From Tepidiformaceae bacterium (GTDB taxonomy: Bacteria; Chloroflexota; Dehalococcoidia; Tepidiformales; Tepidiformaceae): 64,000 nucleotides of DNA. The position numbers were made by a program, and so were the translations under genes. Of the stretch, positions 27,902 to 37,441 are shown piece after piece. The first letter of the stretch is position 1. Each line of letters begins with the position of its first letter. The stretch covers positions 11,107-75,106 of the forward strand of contig JBGPOS010000007.1 in the NCBI GenBank assembly GCA_041488155.1, written 5' to 3'. The notes beneath the pieces are model-generated. The model was not told the DNA's origin, did no database searches, and saw only the letters and a program-made list of their open reading frames with translations.

Positions 27902-27927
27902 TCCGCACTCCGATTTTCAGGCGATCA

Positions 27928-27954
27928 GAGGGCCGTGGCGAAAGCCAGGCCCTC
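27928..27954. terminator. Hairpin between convergent genes (possible bidirectional terminator)
   Basis: GAGGGCC(G)TGGC-GAAA-GCCAGGCCCTC: 11 bp with one bulge and a GAAA tetraloop. Only a weak T-run follows. Confidence 0.4.
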
Positions 27955-27967
27955 GTTGCCTTTCCGG

Positions 27968-28738
27968 TCACCCGCCGGAGCTGAGGGCAGCCAGAACTGC
28001 TTCGTGCAGGAGACCGTTTGAGGCGACGGCGCTCGCCCCGAGGTCACTCTCGCCTTCCCAGGTTGTCAGCTTGCCCCCAGCCTCGGTGATCACAGGCTGG
28101 AGCGCCGCGACATCCCAGATGTTCATCTCGGGATCCAGCATCACGTCCGCCCGGCCGGTCGCGACCATGAGATACCCGTAGCAGTCACCCCACGCGCGGA
28201 CCAGGCCAGCGCCATGTACAAGCGCTGCGTAACCCTTCGGATGCATGGTCTCGGCGCGGCGAAAGCTCGTCATGCTGAGCGTAGCTTCTGCGAGGGACGC
28301 GATGTTCGAGACTCGCGCGGGCCGGTCGTTCAGCCAGGCGCCGAGACCGAGCGCGCCTGAGGCCGTCTCTCCGACGGCGTGGCAGGCGATGACGCCGACC
28401 ACGGGCTGACCGTGGTGTTCGAGCGCCACTAGCGTCCCGAAGAGCGGGACGTGGTGGATGAACGACTTGGTGCCGTCGATGGGGTCGAGGACCCAGCGAT
28501 ACTCGCCTGCGCCGGGGGTCTCTCCGAATTCTTCGCCGAGGATGCCGTGGCCGGGGCATTCTCGCTGCAGGAACGCGCGCATCGCCTCTTCGGCGTCCCG
28601 GTCGGCCTTTGTTACGGGAGTGCGGTCGGCCTTCAACTCGACCGAAAACGCCGATTCGTAGAGAGGCATGATGACGTCGCCGGCGAGCGCTGCGGCCCGC
28701 CGGGCGATTCCCAGCAGCTCCTCCAGCTCGCGCACCAT
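27968..28738 (-). CDS. Inositol monophosphatase family protein (IMPase / HisN-like histidinol-phosphatase)
   Basis: EEFG, WVLDPIDGTKSF and WDVAA motifs of the FIG/IMPase superfamily. Confidence 0.85.
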   Translation of the reverse strand: MVRELEELLGIARRAAALAGDVIMPLYESAFSVELKADRTPVTKADRDAEEAMRAFLQRECPGHGILGEEFGETPGAGEYRWVLDPIDGTKSFIHHVPLFGTLVALEHHGQPVVGVIACHAVGETASGALGLGAWLNDRPARVSNIASLAEATLSMTSFRRAETMHPKGYAALVHGAGLVRAWGDCYGYLMVATGRADVMLDPEMNIWDVAALQPVITEAGGKLTTWEGESDLGASAVASNGLLHEAVLAALSSGG

Positions 28739-28750
28739 CGCCGGCCGCAG

Positions 28751-29743
28751 CTACCGTGCGGAGTCGCCGCGCCTGTAGACGGCGGTGAGGTCATCGAGGC
28801 GGGCCTTGAGGTCGGGCGAGAGTGGACTCGCGGCGGCAGCGAGGGTGGCGTCGAGCTGGTCCGGCCTGCTGGCGCCGATTATGGGCGCCGTAATCACCGG
28901 GTTCGCGAGCACCCAGGCGATCGCGAGTTGGGCCATGGACATCCCGGCTTCAGCCGCGATGGGCCGGATAGCTTCGACGGTTTCGAACATGCCTTCGTGC
29001 CAGTAGCGGTCCTGGTAGCGTTGGGCGGCGGTGCCAAGGGTGAAGCGCGAACCCTCTTCGGGTCCGGCATCGGGATTGTGCTTCCCGCTGAGGAAGCCCC
29101 CGGCGAGGGGGTTGTATGGAATGACGCCGATGCCCTCCTCGGCGCAGAGTGGAAGCAGCTCACGTTCGATCTCGCGAAAAAGGAGGTTGTAACGAGGCTG
29201 CACCGAGTCGAAGCTGGCGATGCCAAGCACATCGCTTCGGCCGATTGCACGGGCTACCTGGTAGGCGAGGAAGTTCGAACAGCCCACGTAACGCACTTTG
29301 CCGGCGCGGACAACGTCTTCAAGGGCACGCAAGGTCTCGTCGATGGGGGTCTCCGCGTCGGGCCCGTGGAGCTGGTAGAGGTCGATGTAGTCGGTCTGGA
29401 GCCTGCGCAGAGAGGCGTCGACGGCATCGAGGATGTGCTTGCGGGAGTTTCCCTGCTCCCAGCGGGCGGGCCCAACCCGGCCGAAGCACTTCGTAGCGAG
29501 GATGAAGCGATCGCGCCTTCCAGAGAGCCACCGGCCAACGATCTCCTCGGTGCGGCCCACAGTGTCACCGGTCCCGCCCAGGGGATAAACGTCCGCCGTG
29601 TCGATGAACGTGATGCCTCCCTCGGCGGCGCGGTCGAGGATTTGGACGGAGGTCGGCTCGTCGCATTGCAACCCAAAGGTCATGGTGCCGAGACAGATGC
29701 GGGAGACCTGGAGGCCGGTGCGGCCCAGGCGAGTGTGCTTCAA
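28751..29743 (-). CDS. Aldo/keto reductase
   Basis: MKHTRLGRTGLQVSRICLGTMTFG...FIDTADVY...LQTDYIDLYQLH are classic AKR motifs. Confidence 0.9.
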   Translation of the reverse strand: MKHTRLGRTGLQVSRICLGTMTFGLQCDEPTSVQILDRAAEGGITFIDTADVYPLGGTGDTVGRTEEIVGRWLSGRRDRFILATKCFGRVGPARWEQGNSRKHILDAVDASLRRLQTDYIDLYQLHGPDAETPIDETLRALEDVVRAGKVRYVGCSNFLAYQVARAIGRSDVLGIASFDSVQPRYNLLFREIERELLPLCAEEGIGVIPYNPLAGGFLSGKHNPDAGPEEGSRFTLGTAAQRYQDRYWHEGMFETVEAIRPIAAEAGMSMAQLAIAWVLANPVITAPIIGASRPDQLDATLAAAASPLSPDLKARLDDLTAVYRRGDSAR

Positions 29744-29812
29744 GGCAGGCTCCGGGAAAGATGTCCGCTGATTCTAAGGCCGATGGCAGGTAACCGCTCG
29801 GCGATGACGGTC

Positions 29813-30898
29813 TCAAGGCTCCCCAAGCCGCGGCCGGTCCTCGTTTTCGTCGAGCACGACCGGGATCGCCTCCACCGAAGTCACACCCACGCCAGGTGTC
29901 AGGGTTATCCGCAGGATGACAGAGAAGCGGGGCGCGGAGAGGTTGGCGAGATCGACCGGATCGAGATCGAACACAAAGTTGCCCAGGCTCCAAGCGATGA
30001 GCTGATGACCGCGCAGCTCGATCGGCTGCAGCACGTGGGGGTGGGCGCCGATGTAGGCATCCGCGCCGGCGGCAAGCGCTGCGTCTGCGAGGGCGACCTG
30101 GGTGGCGTCGGGGAATGCGCTGTACTCCGTGCCGGCGTGGACCGCAACGATGACAAAATCCGCGACCTGGCGAGCCGCGACGACGTCGGCGGCGATGCCT
30201 TCTGGAGTCCCGATCGAGAGTCCGGCCAGGCCGAGGCCAGCAGCCCAATCGTAAATAGAAAAGCCGTTGGACTCGTCTGGGGTCGCGACGTAGCCGAGGA
30301 AGGCGACCCTGACGCCGCCGACGTCGATGATGGCCGCGGCATGCGCCGACGCGAAGTCCACCCCGGCGCCGACGTGCTTGATACCCAGTTCGTCGAGCGT
30401 CTGGAGCGTGTCGACAAGACCGTCTGCTCCGTAGTCGAGGCTGTGGTTGTTGGCGAGGGTGAGCACGTTGAACCCGGCCCAGTTGAGGCCGTTGGCGAGC
30501 CGCGGTGGCGTGCGAAAGTTATATGCCTTGGGCCAGGGAGTGCCGCGGTCGCTGAGGGCGCCTTCGAGGTTAGCGAAGGTTATGTCGGCTTCGAGCGTGC
30601 CCCGGACGAGCACAAACGGGTAGGCGGCGCCCTCGGCTTCCATTCGGTCGACCACCTCGCGAGCGAGGCTGACATCCCCGACCGCTACAAGAGTGACGCT
30701 TCGAGGCGGGAAGCCATCGCGAGCGGTCAGCGGCAAATAGAGCCGCAGGGGGACCGGTGGCGCAGCCGCGCCCGCGACGTAGGCGTCCGAGGCATCGATC
30801 GGGACGCCGTTCCCGGCAGCGAGGAGGGGTAGCAACCCGAGCGCAGCAAGCAGCAGACCCGCAGTCAACCGCGTGGACGTAGAAGTTGGCGTCGGCAC
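29813..30898 (-). CDS. CapA-family (PGA_cap) metallophosphatase-like protein with N-terminal signal/anchor
   Basis: Hydrophobic N-terminus (LLLAALGLLPLLAA). VAVGDVSLAR, FANLEGAL, NNHSLDYG and VAVHAGTEY motifs. Confidence 0.8.
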   Translation of the reverse strand: MPTPTSTSTRLTAGLLLAALGLLPLLAAGNGVPIDASDAYVAGAAAPPVPLRLYLPLTARDGFPPRSVTLVAVGDVSLAREVVDRMEAEGAAYPFVLVRGTLEADITFANLEGALSDRGTPWPKAYNFRTPPRLANGLNWAGFNVLTLANNHSLDYGADGLVDTLQTLDELGIKHVGAGVDFASAHAAAIIDVGGVRVAFLGYVATPDESNGFSIYDWAAGLGLAGLSIGTPEGIAADVVAARQVADFVIVAVHAGTEYSAFPDATQVALADAALAAGADAYIGAHPHVLQPIELRGHQLIAWSLGNFVFDLDPVDLANLSAPRFSVILRITLTPGVGVTSVEAIPVVLDENEDRPRLGEP

Positions 30899-30921
30899 GG
30901 CGCCGCGGGGCCGGATCGCGT

Positions 30922-31836
30922 CTACCGCTCGTCGATGAGCGGCTGGAGTCGCTCGCGGCGTTTGACCGACGTCGCCATGTGGAGCATGCGTTCGGCCTCA
31001 GCCGCCGGTTCCGGTCCGGCACCACCGCGCGAATCCCTGAGGCCGCCGTCCATGAGCAGATACGACCCGGTCATGAAGGCCCCGTCCGGGCCGGCGAGAA
31101 AGGCGATGAGCCCGGCGATGTCGGAAGGTTGACCAGAGCGCCCGACAGGGGTGCGACGTTCGAGGGCCGCGCGGATGGCGCCTCCTTCGTCGCCGGCAAG
31201 ACCGTGGGCAAGGGGCGTGTCGATAACGCCGGGGCCGATCGCGTTGACCGTTATCCCGTGGGGCCCGAGTTCCTGGGCCCAGCCGCGAACCATCATGCGG
31301 ACGCCTGCCTTGGTCGCAGAGTACGACCAGGTGTTGGCGCCGGTGTTCTCGGCGGCGAGGGACGACATGCAGATGATCCTGCCGCCGTTGCCGAGCCGGA
31401 CCATCTGGCGGGCTGAAGCCTGGACGGTCAGGAAGACGCCGGTAAGGTTGACGTCGACCTGATCCTGCCAGTCCTTGAGGGTCATCTCAAGGACGCTGCC
31501 GCCTCGCGCGATGCCGGCGTTGGCAACCGAGACATCGAGGCGGCCGAGCCGTTCGACGCAACGCCCGGCGGCGTCTTCGACCTGCGGTTGGGAAGCGACG
31601 TTCACCTTCACGACGAGGGCCTCGCGCCCGAATTCCCGGATCATGGAGGCGGTCTCTTCTGCGCCGGCCGTGTCGATATCGGCGACGCAAACGTTCAAGC
31701 CTTCGCGCGCCAGCCGGACCGAGGTGCCGCGTCCGATGCCCGAGCCCCCACCGGTCACGAACGCAACTTTGCCATCCAGCGATGCCACAGAGACCTCCTT
31801 CAGCGTCTGGAACTGCCGCCCTCCGGCCGCTGCCAT
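30922..31836 (-). CDS. SDR-family oxidoreductase with a ~50-aa C-terminal extension
   Basis: KVAFVTGGGSGIGR, NAGI and YSATKAG motifs of classical SDRs. Confidence 0.88.
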   Translation of the reverse strand: MAAAGGRQFQTLKEVSVASLDGKVAFVTGGGSGIGRGTSVRLAREGLNVCVADIDTAGAEETASMIREFGREALVVKVNVASQPQVEDAAGRCVERLGRLDVSVANAGIARGGSVLEMTLKDWQDQVDVNLTGVFLTVQASARQMVRLGNGGRIICMSSLAAENTGANTWSYSATKAGVRMMVRGWAQELGPHGITVNAIGPGVIDTPLAHGLAGDEGGAIRAALERRTPVGRSGQPSDIAGLIAFLAGPDGAFMTGSYLLMDGGLRDSRGGAGPEPAAEAERMLHMATSVKRRERLQPLIDER

Positions 31837-31865
31837 CCTACACGCTCGCCCCGTTTGGAGAGGGG

Positions 31866-33203
31866 TCAGACAGCTCCCTGCGCGCGAAGGGCGTCCAGGG
31901 CGCCGGACCAGCCGTCGAGGGTGAGCGCCACATCGGCCTCGGAATGGACGCTGCTCACCAGCCCGCCGGTCCCGAAGAAGTAGACGCCCCGATTGAGCAA
32001 CGCGAGGTTCAACAAGCGCTCGCGCTCGTGGGGCATGCCAGCGGCGAGAAGGTCGAAGGGCAGGTCGTGCGGGTCATAGTCGCACGCTTCGGGCACGCTC
32101 GTGCCAGCGAGGACGATGCGGAAGTCGCTCGATTGGCCATAGACGAAGCCGGGGATCCCGAGGCGGCAGAGCTCACCGTTCATGCCAGCTCGCAGCTTCG
32201 CGGCCGTAATCCGCGCAGCCGCCTGATGGCTACCGTCGGCGATCGTGCGCAGACAGGCCACACCTGCCGCCGCGGAGAGTGGGTTCGCGTTGAAGGTACC
32301 GGGGTGGCCGACTTTCACGGCCTTCTCACCGGGTGGAGGAAAAGCCAGCCGGTCGAGGATGTCCCGCCGGCCGGCGACGGCGCCGCCGGGGAGTCCGCCA
32401 GCGAGAATCTTGGCGAGGGTCGTGATGTCCGGGCGGACGCCTTCTATCTCCTGGACACCTCCGGTCGCCCAGCGGAATCCGGTCACGACTTCATCCATGA
32501 TGAAGACGATGCCCTGGTCACGACAGAAACCTTCGAGGCTGGCAAGGAGGCCTCTGGCGATCGGCAGCGTGCCGCTCGAAGCGCCGGCGGCCTCGACGAT
32601 GATCGCCCCAACGTCTCCGCGCCGCTCAACTGTCGCCTCAACCGACTCCATGTCCGGCGAAATGACGGCGACGCTCTCCATCGTAGATGGGGGCACCCCG
32701 GCAGGCACCGCTCCGGCGTACTTCGAGCTGGCGGCTACGTAGTCGTGCCAGCCGTGGAAGTGGCGCTCGAACTTGATGATGCCCGGGCGGCCGGTGGACG
32801 CTCTCGCGAGGCGCAGGGCCATGAGCGTGGCCTCGGTGCCGGAGCTGGTGAAGCGCACGGCCTCGGCCGATGGCACCATGCGGACCACTTCCTCGGCCCA
32901 CTCGACTTCCAGCTCGTGACTGGCCCCGTAGTGTGTGCCGAGCGCAAGTTGAGCAGCCACCGCTTCTGCGACCGCGGGGTAGTTGTGGCCGAGGAGAAGG
33001 GCGCCGTGGCCCATGACGTAATCCACGTACTCGTGGCCATCTACGTCCCACTTGCGGGAGCCCGCGGCACGGCTGGCGTAGACCGGGAACGGGCGCTGAA
33101 AGCGGCTGTCGTGGGTGACACCACTGGGCAATACCGAAGAGGCGCGTTCGTACAGGCGGGTTGAGGCCGAATGAGACTCCACGAATTCCTGTTCGATGTC
33201 CAC
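31866..33203 (-). CDS. Class III aminotransferase (glutamate-1-semialdehyde 2,1-aminomutase-like)
   Basis: GTG start at 33203, 5 nt after GGAGGA. DVDGHEYVDYVMGHGALLLGH...FTSSGTEATLMALRLAR...IMDEVVTGFR...LAKILAGG. The longer track ORF is an antisense extension. Confidence 0.88.
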   Translation of the reverse strand: MDIEQEFVESHSASTRLYERASSVLPSGVTHDSRFQRPFPVYASRAAGSRKWDVDGHEYVDYVMGHGALLLGHNYPAVAEAVAAQLALGTHYGASHELEVEWAEEVVRMVPSAEAVRFTSSGTEATLMALRLARASTGRPGIIKFERHFHGWHDYVAASSKYAGAVPAGVPPSTMESVAVISPDMESVEATVERRGDVGAIIVEAAGASSGTLPIARGLLASLEGFCRDQGIVFIMDEVVTGFRWATGGVQEIEGVRPDITTLAKILAGGLPGGAVAGRRDILDRLAFPPPGEKAVKVGHPGTFNANPLSAAAGVACLRTIADGSHQAAARITAAKLRAGMNGELCRLGIPGFVYGQSSDFRIVLAGTSVPEACDYDPHDLPFDLLAAGMPHERERLLNLALLNRGVYFFGTGGLVSSVHSEADVALTLDGWSGALDALRAQGAV

Positions 33204-33335
33204 GACGGTCCTCCCCGGGCGATCATACCCCGCGAGCGGCGGGCGGCGCTTTCGCGCAATCCACCCGGTCGATACAGTGGCGAGACCGGTGGGCCTCGGA
33301 GACCGTGCTTCGTGTCGCGACACTCGATCCTGGAG

Positions 33336-33968
33336 ATGGGCAACCTCCTCATGCTGCAGGAGCGTGAGCGCTTCCTCGTGCAACTGTTTCGGAAGCAGGA
33401 GATCCACACGCTCGAAGGCCTCCATGTCTTCGAGGCTGGATGCGGCGGTGGGTACAACCTCCGGCAGATGGTCCAGTGGGGGGCCCGCCCCGAGAACCTT
33501 GCCGGGATCGATGTCGACCCCGCGGCGGCTGACTACTCCAGGTCGCATTCGCCCGAGATCCGGGTGCATTGCGGGAGCGCAGCGCACATCCCGGAAGCGG
33601 ATGAGTCCTTCGACCTCTGCATGGCGTTTACTCTCTTTAGCAGCGTGCCGGATGAGGACGTCGCGCACGGGATCGGCCGGGAGATGTTTCGAATCACCAG
33701 GCCGGGCGGTCTCATAGTGGTGTACGACATGCGCCGCCGGAATCCGGCCAACCGCCGTGTGCATCCAATCGGTCCCGACGACCTTCGCCGCTGGTTCCCG
33801 AAGTGCCCGTTGCGCGTGAGGTCGATCACGCTCGCCCCGCCCATCGCGCGACCAGCGGGCCGCTACGCACCGTGGCTCTATGGGCCCCTGAGCTTCATCC
33901 CGCTGTTGCGTACGCACGCGATGTACGTCCTGAGGCGGCCTGCAACGGCAGTGGTGGGGAGCCTGTGA
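33336..33968 (+). CDS. Class I SAM-dependent methyltransferase
   Basis: VFEAGCGGGYN (motif I) and ITRPGGLIVVYD (motif post-II). The start is uncertain (ATG 33336 or GTG 33312). Confidence 0.7.
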   Translation: MGNLLMLQERERFLVQLFRKQEIHTLEGLHVFEAGCGGGYNLRQMVQWGARPENLAGIDVDPAAADYSRSHSPEIRVHCGSAAHIPEADESFDLCMAFTLFSSVPDEDVAHGIGREMFRITRPGGLIVVYDMRRRNPANRRVHPIGPDDLRRWFPKCPLRVRSITLAPPIARPAGRYAPWLYGPLSFIPLLRTHAMYVLRRPATAVVGSL

Positions 33969-34027
33969 GCAACCGTCGGGGCTCGGACGTGACCCCAGCC
34001 GAACCTATGGTAGTCTAGGAACAGGCT

Positions 34028-35458
34028 ATGGCGAACTACGACGTCGCGATCATCGGTGGGGGTCCGGGCGGTTACGTCGCAGCCATCCGGGCCGCGCAAC
34101 TGGGCCTGCGAGTAGGGCTGTTCGAAAAGGACAGGGTGGGCGGGCTCTGCCTCAACTGGGGTTGTATCCCGAGCAAGGCCCTCCTCCGCAACGCCGACGT
34201 CGTCAACCTCGTGAGACGGGCCGACGCGTGGGGCATCGGCGGCGTCAAGTCCGCCACCTTTGACCTTGGCAAGGCGGTCGACCGCAGCCGCGAGGTGGTC
34301 GACCGAATCGTTGGGGGAGTAGAGGGGCTTCTGAAGGACAACGGCGTCACCGTAATCCGGGGCGAAGCCTCGCTGGCGGATGCAACGCACGTCGTTTGCG
34401 GCGGCGAGACCTCGACGGCGACCCACATCATCATCGCCACGGGAGCGTCGACGCGGCTCCTTCCCGGTGTTCCCGTCGACGGGAAGGTCGTGATCACGAG
34501 CCGGGAAGGGCTCGAACTGCGGCGGCCAGCGCGGCGGGTTGTGGTCATCGGCGCCGGCCCGGTTGGCGTCGAATTCGCTCACCTGTGGGCCAGCTACGGT
34601 TCCGCGGTCACAGTGGTGGAGTTGCTCGAAACGCTCGTCCCGCTCGAAGACCCTGATGCCGGCCGGGCGCTCAAACGGTCGTTCGAGGGTCGCGGCATCA
34701 CATGCCTGGTGAAGACACGGGTGGATTCGGTCGAGCGCAAGGGCAAGGTCGCCTCTCTGACGCTGTCGAACGAGTCAGGGACCGAGAAGATCGAGGCTGA
34801 CCTCGTCCTCATGGCGGTGGGTTTCGTCCCGCACACCGCGGGGCTGAACCTCGAGGTCGCCGGGGTGGCGACCCAGCGCGGGTTCATCACCATCGACGAT
34901 TCGATGCAAACGAACGTGCCGAACATCTACGCCGTCGGGGACGTAACCGGCAAACTCATGCTTGCGCACGTGGCTTCGCACCAGGGGACGCTCGCCGCCG
35001 AGCACATCGCCGGCCGGCCAATCCCGCTAGTCGACTACGTGCAGATGCCGAGGGCGACCTTCTGTCAGCCCCAGGTCGGCTCGATCGGCTACACGGAGCA
35101 ACAGGCAAAGGACGCGGGCTACGCAGTCAAGACGGGACGCTTCCCGCTGACGGCGCTCGGCAAGGCGATCGCGATGGGCGAGACCGAAGGCTTCGTCAAG
35201 GTCGTAGCCGACGAACCCACGGGGCAGGTAGTGGGCATCCACATGGTCGGACACGACATCAACGACCTGCTGGGCGAGGCGACCATGGTGGCGCTACTGG
35301 AGGCCACGACTATCGAGCTCGGCTTCGCCGTCCACGCCCACCCCACACTCGCGGAAGCCGTGAAGGAGGCCGCATTGGCGGTGAGCGGGGAGGCGATCCA
35401 CATCGCCCACCGTAAGGCAGCGGCGGTCGCCCGCGCTCCGGGAGCGGCTGCCGAATGA
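34028..35458 (+). CDS. lpdA: Dihydrolipoyl dehydrogenase (E3)
   Basis: YDVAIIGGGPGGYVAA, GGLCLNWGCIPSK (redox disulfide) and HAHPTLAE at the C-terminus. Confidence 0.93.
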   Translation: MANYDVAIIGGGPGGYVAAIRAAQLGLRVGLFEKDRVGGLCLNWGCIPSKALLRNADVVNLVRRADAWGIGGVKSATFDLGKAVDRSREVVDRIVGGVEGLLKDNGVTVIRGEASLADATHVVCGGETSTATHIIIATGASTRLLPGVPVDGKVVITSREGLELRRPARRVVVIGAGPVGVEFAHLWASYGSAVTVVELLETLVPLEDPDAGRALKRSFEGRGITCLVKTRVDSVERKGKVASLTLSNESGTEKIEADLVLMAVGFVPHTAGLNLEVAGVATQRGFITIDDSMQTNVPNIYAVGDVTGKLMLAHVASHQGTLAAEHIAGRPIPLVDYVQMPRATFCQPQVGSIGYTEQQAKDAGYAVKTGRFPLTALGKAIAMGETEGFVKVVADEPTGQVVGIHMVGHDINDLLGEATMVALLEATTIELGFAVHAHPTLAEAVKEAALAVSGEAIHIAHRKAAAVARAPGAAAE

Positions 35459-36462
35459 AGCCGAAAACGTCCGCGAGCGCCTCAGGGCCGGCCGAGCCCG
35501 GGCAGGAACAGCTCGGGCTCTTCCTCTACCAGATGATGCTGATCCGGCGCTTCGAAGAGCGCACGGGCCAGCTCTACACCCAGGGCAAGGTCCGGGGCTT
35601 CCTTCACCTTTACACCGGCCAGGAAGCCTGCGCGGTGGGGGCGATCAACACGCTCGGGGAGCAGGACAAGGTCATCACCCACTACCGCGACCACGGCCAC
35701 GCGCTGGCCCGCGGGGTCGACCCTGGCCGGATCATGGCCGAACTCTTCGGAAGGGTCGATGGCGTGAGCGGCGGACGAGGCGGCTCGATGCACCTCTTCG
35801 ACGTGTCCAGAGGGTTCCTCGGGGGCTACGCAATCGTAGCAGCTCACTTGCCGCTCGCGGTGGGCCTCGGCCTGGCCGCGAAGATGAAGGGCGAGAATAT
35901 CGTCATCATGTGCATCTTTGGCGACGGGAGCGTCGGTGAAGGCGAGTTCCACGAGGCCTTAAACCTGGCCACACTCTGGGCCGTCCCGGTCGTCTTCTTC
36001 TGCGAGAACAACCTCTACGGGATGGGCGTCCCGTTCAAGCAATCGCTCTCGACCGACATCGCGAGGCTGGCCGAGGCGTACGGCATGCCCGCTGTAACAA
36101 TCGACGGCATGGACGTCGTCGAGGTATACGGCGAGACCACGAAGGCCGTCGATCATTGCCGGGGCGGCCAGGGCCCCTTCTTTGTGGAAGCAATGACCTA
36201 TCGCTACCGCGGCCATTCGATGGCCGACCCGGAACTGTACCGGCTCAAGGCCGAAGTTGAGCAGTACCGCAAGCGCGATGCCATCGAGGCGTTGAAACAC
36301 CGGATGACGGAACGAGGCGTACTCGACGAAGCGGGAATCAAGGAACTCTCAGAGCGCGTCGAGCGGACCGTTGAGGAGGCTGTGGCCTTCGCTGAGGCAA
36401 GCCCCCAACCCGCGATCGAAACGCTCTTCGACAACGTCACGAAGGAGCCAGCCAGTGGTTGA
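35455..36462 (+). CDS. pdhA: 2-oxoacid (pyruvate/branched-chain) dehydrogenase E1 component alpha subunit
   Basis: ATGA overlap with lpdA. FLHLYTGQEA, YRDHGHAL, GDGSVGEGEFHE (TPP motif) and YRYRGHSMADP. Confidence 0.88.
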   Translation: MKPKTSASASGPAEPGQEQLGLFLYQMMLIRRFEERTGQLYTQGKVRGFLHLYTGQEACAVGAINTLGEQDKVITHYRDHGHALARGVDPGRIMAELFGRVDGVSGGRGGSMHLFDVSRGFLGGYAIVAAHLPLAVGLGLAAKMKGENIVIMCIFGDGSVGEGEFHEALNLATLWAVPVVFFCENNLYGMGVPFKQSLSTDIARLAEAYGMPAVTIDGMDVVEVYGETTKAVDHCRGGQGPFFVEAMTYRYRGHSMADPELYRLKAEVEQYRKRDAIEALKHRMTERGVLDEAGIKELSERVERTVEEAVAFAEASPQPAIETLFDNVTKEPASG

Positions 36463-37438
36463 ACTCCGTCTGCGCGATGCCCTCCGAGAAGCGCTGCGTG
36501 AGGAAATGCTCCGGGACGACCGCGTTTTCCTGATGGGCGAGGACATCGGCCTTTACGGTGGCTCGTACGCGGTAACCAAAGGGCTGCTCGACGAGTTCGG
36601 CGAGGAGCGAGTGCGGGACACGCCAATCGCCGAATCGGGGATCGTCGGCGCCGGGATCGGCGCAGCCATGGGCGGCCTCCGGCCTATGGTCGAACTGATG
36701 ACCATCAATTTCAGCTTCCTCGCGCTCGACCAGATCGTGAACGAGGCGGCGAAGCTGTTCTACATGTCGAACGGGCAAATCAACGTACCGATCGTCATCC
36801 GCATGGCGAGCGGAGGCGGGAGCCAGCTGGGCGCGACGCACAGCCACAGCCTCGAGGGCCTCTACGCCCACTTCCCGGGGTTGAAAGTGGTCTGCCCCTC
36901 TAACCCGGCCGACGCCAAGGGCCTGCTCAAGCGGGCCTTCCGCGATGACAATCCGGTCATTTTCATCGAGCACACTGCGATTTACGGGATCCGCGGCGAA
37001 GTGCCCGACGACCCCGACTTCATCATTGAGTTCGGGCAGGCGAACGTCGTCCGCGAAGGGGAGGATGTGACGATCGTCGGGTATTCGGGTAGCGTCCACC
37101 AGGCGCTGCGGGCGGCCGACATGCTCATGCAGCAAGAAGAGATCAGTGCAGAGGTGATCGACCTCCGGACGCTGCGGCCTCTCGACATTGACTGCGTTGT
37201 GAAGTCGGTGAAGAAAACCAACCGCGCGGTCATCGTCGAGGACGACTGGAGATTCGGGGGCTTCGCCGGCGAGCTGAGCGCCCAGATCATGGAACGAGCC
37301 TTCGACTGGCTCGACGCGCCGGTGGCAAGGGTCTGCGGCAAGGACGTGCCCATGCCCTACAATCGCAACCTCGAATTCGCCGCACTGCCATCGGAAGAGG
37401 ACGTGGTCGACGCCGTCCTAGCGATGATGCGGGAGTAG
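36455..37438 (+). CDS. pdhB: 2-oxoacid dehydrogenase E1 component beta subunit
   Basis: A GTG at 36455 overlaps the E1 alpha stop. LRDALREALREEM...VFLMGEDIG.YGG...DTPIAESG are typical. Confidence 0.88.
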   Translation: MVELRLRDALREALREEMLRDDRVFLMGEDIGLYGGSYAVTKGLLDEFGEERVRDTPIAESGIVGAGIGAAMGGLRPMVELMTINFSFLALDQIVNEAAKLFYMSNGQINVPIVIRMASGGGSQLGATHSHSLEGLYAHFPGLKVVCPSNPADAKGLLKRAFRDDNPVIFIEHTAIYGIRGEVPDDPDFIIEFGQANVVREGEDVTIVGYSGSVHQALRAADMLMQQEEISAEVIDLRTLRPLDIDCVVKSVKKTNRAVIVEDDWRFGGFAGELSAQIMERAFDWLDAPVARVCGKDVPMPYNRNLEFAALPSEEDVVDAVLAMMRE

Positions 37439-37441
37439 GCC

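Noticed and set aside
28451-30832. A 793-aa plus-strand ORF. Similar long ORFs lie at 20284..22245 (-), 46852..48720 (-), 22586..23674 (-), 41481..42161 (+) and 54586..55743 (-).
   Set aside because: All are antisense to genes with clear family signatures (IMPase/AKR/CapA, proS, cyclase, nusA, mobA, 2-HADH) and show no motifs of their own. I treat them as GC-driven artefacts.
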